Source of the DNA: Rubripirellula sp.
GTDB taxonomy: Bacteria > Planctomycetota > Planctomycetia > Pirellulales > Pirellulaceae
Reading direction: 5' to 3'
DNA length: 64,000 nt
NCBI GenBank assembly: GCA_965216875.1
Contig: OZ244207.1
Location: 5,408,001 to 5,472,000, forward strand
Made by a program: the position numbers and the translations under genes. The notes beneath the pieces are model-generated. The model did not search any database. It was not told the origin of the DNA and worked only from the letters and a program-made list of their open reading frames with translations. Below, piece by piece: positions 59,101 through 64,000 of this stretch (positions are counted from its first letter, which is position 1; each line of letters opens with the position of its first letter).

Positions 59101-59750
59101 AGCCGATTGATACAAGTAAGCCAGCACATGACGACATGGATTGGCTCGAGGATTGGCGTGAGACTCTCAAACCGCGCATCCCAGCCGAGGACTATCCGAT
59201 CGTTTGCGCCGCGATGGCAAACCAACGCCAAGCCGCCGCCATTGAGTTTTCATCGGAACACGACAGCGTCAAATTGGTCGGCCAAGACAACGTGCGCCGC
59301 TACCGCCCTGTGCGAGCGATGACAATCCATGTGGGTGCAAGCGATCCGATGCTTGACGCGATCGTCGCGATCAGTGCTGCGGTGGCCGCGCGTGCACAAG
59401 TCACCCTTTCGATTGATCCCACCGTCGAACTGGCAATGCGAGAATTGCTTGAAGCGGCCGCCGACTTCGTGCCTGGATTGATTCATCCCGTCGAAGAAAC
59501 GGGCGTCGAACTGGCCGAGCGAATCGGCCGAGATGACGTCAACCGATTGCGACTTCTGTCGGACTCGGTTGATCCCGCCGTCTTGAAAGCGTGTGCCGAC
59601 AAGTTTGTGACCGTGGTGAAAGAACCGGTCGTCCATGATGGCCGAATCGAGTGCCTGAGGTACGTTGATGAGCAATCGATTTCGTACGACTATCACCGGT
59701 ACGGAAACCTCGGCCGCCGTAGCGAAGAAGCACGGCGCGACGTGCTGTAA
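56148..59750 (+). CDS. putA: Bifunctional proline dehydrogenase / P5C dehydrogenase
   Basis: DMEEY, RLVKGA, ASHN, YLIRRLDEN, PWNFPLAI, ETGGKN, GQKCSA and ELFGP motifs. Confidence 0.95.
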   Translation: MSTHQADATEAIEVAAELLREANRLQTPHERRQQAELDRMIGHAEDKATLVEMTDQAFRTHTPARVADQLTHLLDVQGVPRFFNPVEQAMLRGFQSFGEYLPGVAVPLVKEKMRRETANVILPSNGDLLAEHLRNRQSQGVQMNVNLLGEALLGERETWSRMQDFHNALRLPDVRCLSVKITTLYSQVSPLARQHTIDVVADRLETLYRTANREVDPETNLGKFVYLDMEEYRDLYLTADALKQTLERERLEKTRAGIALQAYVPDSFGVMQDLIAWSTSRVAAGAVPLTIRLVKGANMEMERAEASVGGHAQGPFQSKLETDANYKKMLRVLIDAAADGNIRVGVASHNLFDVALALVWAQRKNLGDQIQIEMLEGMANHQRRAISARGAKMLLYAPACSKAGFLNAIGYLIRRLDENTGPQNFLRHAYRLTPDSEDFESLANDFRRSLELADTLDCSPRRKQIRREAPAQPVAAEHWSQLVNEPDTDWSLPQNSQWASELLERWKDRCDENAASVVCGESDAASPSLRETYDPLLRETYDPSRPGKVIARYNVMPLAQVQRAVEVADDDPSSWSATSVESRHALLRQVAQVLRGRRGDLIGVMVAEAGKTVAEADPEVSEAIDFCEFYPLSMQHWCEQRQIKLKPRGVVAVITPWNFPLAIPCGGIAAALAAGNTVILKPSAETVLTAKLLCDAFWDSGVPRDVLQLVTCEDEVAETGLVKNPRVDTVILTGGTSTARRMLSVRPDLHLLAETGGKNATIVTAMADRELAIKHIIHSAFGHSGQKCSATSLLLLEDEIFRDERFKAMLADAINSIEVGSAWDLHTKMGPLIAPPGETLTRGLKALEDDESWLVVPEHVVDNPNLYRPGVKWNIRPGGFAHLTELFGPVLGVMRFTRLEEAIEIVRSTGYGLTSGLESLDDREIELWKQTIHAGNLYINRPTTGAIVLRQPFGGVGLSAYGPGVKAGGPHYVLALAKIENGAAEPIDTSKPAHDDMDWLEDWRETLKPRIPAEDYPIVCAAMANQRQAAAIEFSSEHDSVKLVGQDNVRRYRPVRAMTIHVGASDPMLDAIVAISAAVAARAQVTLSIDPTVELAMRELLEAAADFVPGLIHPVEETGVELAERIGRDDVNRLRLLSDSVDPAVLKACADKFVTVVKEPVVHDGRIECLRYVDEQSISYDYHRYGNLGRRSEEARRDVL

Positions 59751-59755
59751 TTGTC

Positions 59756-59971
59756 AGCCGAACGCGCTAGCGTCGGGCGTTTCACGCAATGACGCGTTTG
59801 CTAGCTCGCAACGTAGCTACGCTCGCCAGAGCGTGGTGTGGTGAAAAACGTTTCGCCGTCGCGCCCACCTTCTGGCGAAGGTAGCTACGATTGCGTACGA
59901 ACATGAGCCGAACGGGCTGGGGACGCGGAGCGTCCGAAGAGTGCGTTACCACGCAGAGCGTGGTAACGAGG
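59756..59971. repeat. REP mosaic between convergent genes
   Basis: AGCCGAACGCGCTAGCGTCGGGC; inverted pair GTAGCTACGCTCGCCAGAGCGTGG / CCACCTTCTGGCGAAGGTAGCTAC; GGACGCGGAGCGTCC...GTTACCACGC. Confidence 0.85.
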
Positions 59972-59983
59972 TGTGTAACTCAG

Positions 59984-60538
59984 CTACGGATCAAGTCCAA
60001 AATCCTCAAGCCATTTACGGGCGTCGTCGGGGCTGACACCCTCGGGCTTATCATCGTCGACACTCCCCTGCCCTGCCCCGTCGTCCTGGCCTGTCCTCAC
60101 GACTTTGTGCGCCAGCCGAACTCTACCGTCGATCAAATCGTCGAGCCACGGCTCGGCGTCAAAAGCCATCGCACTGCGTCTGGCAGCCGCAGCTTGAATC
60201 CGGTGATCCGAGGAGATCACGGCTAACCGTTTTGGCGCCGATTGGATGGCGATGATCTCTTCGATCAAGTCATCGGCCTCGGGATAGCCGACCGCAAAAC
60301 GGACGTCGATCGATTGATGAGTGAATCGATTCGGTCGGCCCGGCGGCGGATTGGCTGCATCAAAGACCACACAACAACGCGCGCGGACCGATCGATCGAG
60401 CTGACTGGCAAGCCGATCAAGCAACCGTGTGCGTTCGCGGTGCAGCCAATCGTCGGCACCGCGCGCAGGTGCGGCTGCAGGCGAAACGACGTTGTAGCCG
60501 TCGACGAGAAGCAGCAAAGACGATTCCGATCCAGACAT
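59984..60538 (-). CDS. YacP-like NYN domain protein
   Basis: LLVDGYN, VVFD, EADDLI and VISSD motifs. Confidence 0.85.
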   Translation of the reverse strand: MSGSESSLLLLVDGYNVVSPAAAPARGADDWLHRERTRLLDRLASQLDRSVRARCCVVFDAANPPPGRPNRFTHQSIDVRFAVGYPEADDLIEEIIAIQSAPKRLAVISSDHRIQAAAARRSAMAFDAEPWLDDLIDGRVRLAHKVVRTGQDDGAGQGSVDDDKPEGVSPDDARKWLEDFGLDP

Positions 60539-60705
60539 ACATCGAATCGTACCCGCAAAGGCTCTTCGCGGGAAACCGCTCGCTGGACCTATCCGAATAG
60601 TCCGTACGTCGTATCGAGCCTCGGCGCAGTTTTGTCGCCTTTCGCTCCGCGAAAGTAGCGTCTTGCGAACGCAACTTTTGCGGAGCAAAAGGCGACAATA
60701 ACCGA

Positions 60706-61896
60706 CTAACCTCTGCGGTCAGCGATGGCTTTCGAGACAGCGGAGGCGATTTGCTGGGCTGACTTCTCGACCGTTCGCTCGGCAACCGAGAGGCGTGAGC
60801 TTGCCGGCAAGGCCGAGAGCTGTGGATCGGAAAGATTCACGAACTTGTCGAGCGTATCGGCAAGCGTCCCTTCGACTTCCGGATCGTAGACGAATCCGTT
60901 TTGGCCGTCGCGAATCAACGTGGCGACCGATTGGGCATGCTTGCTGCCGATGACTGGCACGCCAGAAAAAAGCGATTCATCAACGACCAAACCCCATTCG
61001 TCACACAGGGTCGGAAAGAGCGACGCGTCGCAACTGCGGTAGTGTTCGCTGATTTCGTCGGGACCACAAAAACCGTGCAGATGAACCTTCAAGTTGTCGG
61101 GCGTCACAAAGTTCTCGATCATCGACTGCTGAGGGCCTTTGCCGACCAAGTGCCAATCAAGCTGCCGAGACGCATTCGCTTCGGCCCAATCCGCGAGTTG
61201 GTTGAGTGCCAAGAAGACACCTTTGCGATCGCTCAATTCACCTGTGGTAACAAGCGATAGGTGGTCGCGATCAAGACTTTGCACGCGATCGCCGACGTCG
61301 TGTTTGCGAGGGTCGGCAGCGTAGAACCAAGGATGCAAGCGCTCCTCGGGCGTTCCAAGCGAAACGAGAAACTCGCGACACTCGGGACCATTGTAGGTGA
61401 CCGCATCGAGTCGCGGCAGCAACCGGCGGCGAATCATCCCGCGCAGGCGTCCGCGTCCCGCTTCGCTTCGTGGCGACGCATTGACCGCGGCGACCAGCGC
61501 GCAACTGGAATTTGCTTTCTGATACGCATGGGCAAGCATCGTTCGCGGCCCAAGTTCAAGCGAAACGATCGCATCGGGTCTGAGTCGGCGCAATTGGCTG
61601 ATGGTATCGAGCGGAATGTGCAAATAGTTAACGTCCCGGTATCCCCCGGGATGATCGACGTTGCGCGTAATCGTCCACGTCTTTTGAACCGTCACGTCCA
61701 AGTCAGCCCAATCGGGTGTCCAAGCGCGATTGGATTCAACCGCCACTGAAGACAAAACGGTCAAGCGATCGACATGCGCCGCGAGAGCCTGGAGCACCGG
61801 CAAGTGGTTCGGCGCCACAAAGTTCACCAGCACAACAACGTGTGACTTTGACGCCAGCGCCAGTGAATCATCGAGGCTTGCTTGGTCCATGATCAT
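60706..61896 (-). CDS. Glycosyltransferase family 4
   Basis: G.LSDRKG and DEWGLVVDESL..GVPVI motifs; ATGA overlap with the upstream flippase. Confidence 0.88.
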   Translation of the reverse strand: MIMDQASLDDSLALASKSHVVVLVNFVAPNHLPVLQALAAHVDRLTVLSSVAVESNRAWTPDWADLDVTVQKTWTITRNVDHPGGYRDVNYLHIPLDTISQLRRLRPDAIVSLELGPRTMLAHAYQKANSSCALVAAVNASPRSEAGRGRLRGMIRRRLLPRLDAVTYNGPECREFLVSLGTPEERLHPWFYAADPRKHDVGDRVQSLDRDHLSLVTTGELSDRKGVFLALNQLADWAEANASRQLDWHLVGKGPQQSMIENFVTPDNLKVHLHGFCGPDEISEHYRSCDASLFPTLCDEWGLVVDESLFSGVPVIGSKHAQSVATLIRDGQNGFVYDPEVEGTLADTLDKFVNLSDPQLSALPASSRLSVAERTVEKSAQQIASAVSKAIADRRG

Positions 61897-63200
61897 GCCT
61901 CGACTTCCTTTGACGAGGAAACATCGGCATAGACGATCGCGGACAACCAAACCAAACAAAGGACTTGCCCGGCAAGGGCGGACATCGCAATGGCGACCGC
62001 TCCATAACGATCAAACAACAGCCAGGTCACCACCACCATGACGATCGCCGAAACGATCCTTGCTCGCATCGGCGCCAGTGGGCGACCGCGGCCTTTCAAG
62101 TAGCTGTCGAGTCCTTGAAGAATGCCTTTGATCGCTGAAACGGGGGCAAGCCAAAGAGCAAACACGACCGCCGGCGCGAACGCTTCGGTGTACAAGAAAA
62201 CGACCACCGGACCGATCACCACCATGAACGCGATCGTCATCAATGACTGAACGCCAATCGACGATGCGAGAATGCGGTGCACATCTTTCGTGGTCAAACG
62301 CGACTCGCGACTTGCGCCGGCGTTGAACAAAAACAGGCCAAGCGTGTTTGGGATCACGGTTAGCGGATAAACGACGGGTACCATCGACGCGTAGTAGCCC
62401 TGTTCGATCAGCGGCACCAACCACAACACCAACAGCAGGTCGAACCGTTCGAAGAGGTCGGTCACAAACATCGAAAAGGCATAAGGCCGACTCTCATGCA
62501 CCAACGATTTGACCGGCGAATACGTTCCGCCGCGCAGAGGTTGCTTGAGGCCGACCACACAAGCGGCCATTGAAATGATTGAAGCGACAACGAAGAGTGC
62601 ACAGGCAAGCAGCAAGTCGACTTGAGTCAACAGCGCGGCGATCAATAGCAAGGCGGGGAAAGCAGCGGCCGCGATCACTCGGCGCGCATTGTAGGCTCCA
62701 AAATTTCCACTTCCTCGATCGACCGCCGTCATGATCAACATGACATGCTGACCGACAATGCTGAGCGAACAGAGCAGCGCCATTGGCATCAAGAATCTTT
62801 TCTCGCCTGGCAAGGCGGCAAACGAAAGCGCCATGCAAATCAAGGTGGTCACGGCTCCCGTTGCAAGACCCAACCATAGGGCCGCGCGCCGCAACCGGGT
62901 TTTGTCGACTTGATCGTCAGCGGCATAACGACAGATCACTTCGAGACCGCCGAACAATCCGATGTACAGCAACATCTGGACGTACAGCACGGCCGTCGCG
63001 TATTGACCGCGACCTTCTGGACCCAGCAACCGTGCGAGCAGGATGCCCTGTGCCATTTGCAGGGCGACGATCGCAAACGAGACGCCCACGGTGTAAAGAA
63101 ACTGCCACTTCGCTCGGGGCGCGCGCGTCTCGCTGCCAACATCCTCAGGAGGAGAATAGGCCTGCTTGGTCGAGTCGGCAGTGATCGATTCAGAAGACAT
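61893..63200 (-). CDS. Oligosaccharide flippase (Wzx/MOP family)
   Basis: About 12 TM segments; LARLLGPEGRG motif. Confidence 0.85.
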   Translation of the reverse strand: MSSESITADSTKQAYSPPEDVGSETRAPRAKWQFLYTVGVSFAIVALQMAQGILLARLLGPEGRGQYATAVLYVQMLLYIGLFGGLEVICRYAADDQVDKTRLRRAALWLGLATGAVTTLICMALSFAALPGEKRFLMPMALLCSLSIVGQHVMLIMTAVDRGSGNFGAYNARRVIAAAAFPALLLIAALLTQVDLLLACALFVVASIISMAACVVGLKQPLRGGTYSPVKSLVHESRPYAFSMFVTDLFERFDLLLVLWLVPLIEQGYYASMVPVVYPLTVIPNTLGLFLFNAGASRESRLTTKDVHRILASSIGVQSLMTIAFMVVIGPVVVFLYTEAFAPAVVFALWLAPVSAIKGILQGLDSYLKGRGRPLAPMRARIVSAIVMVVVTWLLFDRYGAVAIAMSALAGQVLCLVWLSAIVYADVSSSKEVEA

Positions 63201-63277
63201 CGCAGGCTGAGTATAGTTGCCCCCCAAAACTCCCCATTCGACCTGTCGCGAATGTACCGGTCGTAACGGCAGAATGT

Positions 63278-64000
63278 TCAGGACTCGCGTGAAGCGTTCT
63301 CTGCCGGACCCACTTTGTCGTTGCCGTCGTAATCGACCCAAAGCAGGAACAATCCCATCGGGGGCGCCGTTTGACCAGCAACGTTGCGATCACGAGCCTC
63401 GAGCACTTCGTCGATCCACTCGTCCGGTCGCTTACCGCGACCCACTTCGATCAACGTGCCCACGATGTTGCGGACCATGTTGTACAAGAATCCGTCCGCT
63501 TCGATCTCGATGGCAACAAATCGACCACCGTCCTTGATCGGCCTTTGCTCGATCACATCACAAGCAAAGATCGTTCGGGTCGTGGTGATCTTGGGGTCGG
63601 CACCCGATGCCTGAAAGCTTCGGAAATCATGTCGCCCAAGAATCCGATTGGCCGCCGCCTGCATCACCTCGAGGTCATAGCGCCCGTGAACGTGCCAGCG
63701 GTACCGAAACTCGAATGCGTCACGCAGACCGCTGAGCTGTAGTTGATACCGATAACGTTTTCGTACGGCGTCGCGGATTGCATGAAAGTCGTCCGGAGCA
63801 TCAACGGCATCGCGGACGGTGATCGTATCGGGAAGATGAGCATTGAGAGCTCGAACCAAATTGGCCGCCGGTGCACGCCAATTCTCGACGCGGCAACTGG
63901 CCACTTGCCCCAACGCGTGGACGCCCGAGTCGGTACGCCCACTGCCGATCACTTGAACCTCTTCGCCAGTGACCTTCAAAAACGCACGTTGCAGTTTTTG
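63278..64000 (-). CDS. truA: tRNA pseudouridine(38-40) synthase, 5' part outside window
   Basis: GSGRTDSGVHA, FHA, HDFRSF, GFLYNMVR and TAPP.GL motifs. Confidence 0.96.
   Translation of the reverse strand, partial: QKLQRAFLKVTGEEVQVIGSGRTDSGVHALGQVASCRVENWRAPAANLVRALNAHLPDTITVRDAVDAPDDFHAIRDAVRKRYRYQLQLSGLRDAFEFRYRWHVHGRYDLEVMQAAANRILGRHDFRSFQASGADPKITTTRTIFACDVIEQRPIKDGGRFVAIEIEADGFLYNMVRNIVGTLIEVGRGKRPDEWIDEVLEARDRNVAGQTAPPMGLFLLWVDYDGNDKVGPAENASRES

Noticed and set aside
1..64000. tRNA, rRNA, tmRNA, RNase P or SRP genes; GC-skew switch
   Set aside because: No diagnostic RNA motifs were recognised by eye. Skew cannot be estimated reliably without computation, so it is not claimed.

Overview
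A chromosomal window from a planctomycete, probably Pirellulaceae-like. The evidence is planctomycete cytochrome c, DUF1559, DUF1501, LEPR-XLL signal motifs, ECF-sigma/Ser-Thr kinase pairs and GTAG-type REP mosaics. Housekeeping genes (ppk1, nrnA, ribF, nnrD, larB, argG, dtd, accA, fliA/flhF/flhA, serA/serC, putA, truA) surround an accessory patch at about 32.7-42 kb. Four signals stand out. (1) A dif-like 28-mer sits at 32007-32034. FtsK KOPS octamers (GGGNAGGG) and gene orientation converge on it from both sides, so the window probably holds the replication terminus. (2) An ECF sigma / TPR kinase / matrixin-like protein / TPR-sulfotransferase cluster. The matrixin-like protein has a degenerate zinc motif and ends in an acidic tail with 14 Tyr in 27 residues. 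That tail is encoded just ahead of a TPST-like sulfotransferase gene, making this a candidate protein tyrosine-sulfation system. (3) An intact IS1380-family element inserted into the central CTAG of a REP-like palindrome. (4) At least eight families of shuffled palindromic repeat modules. All calls come from reading motifs by eye; no database searches were run.
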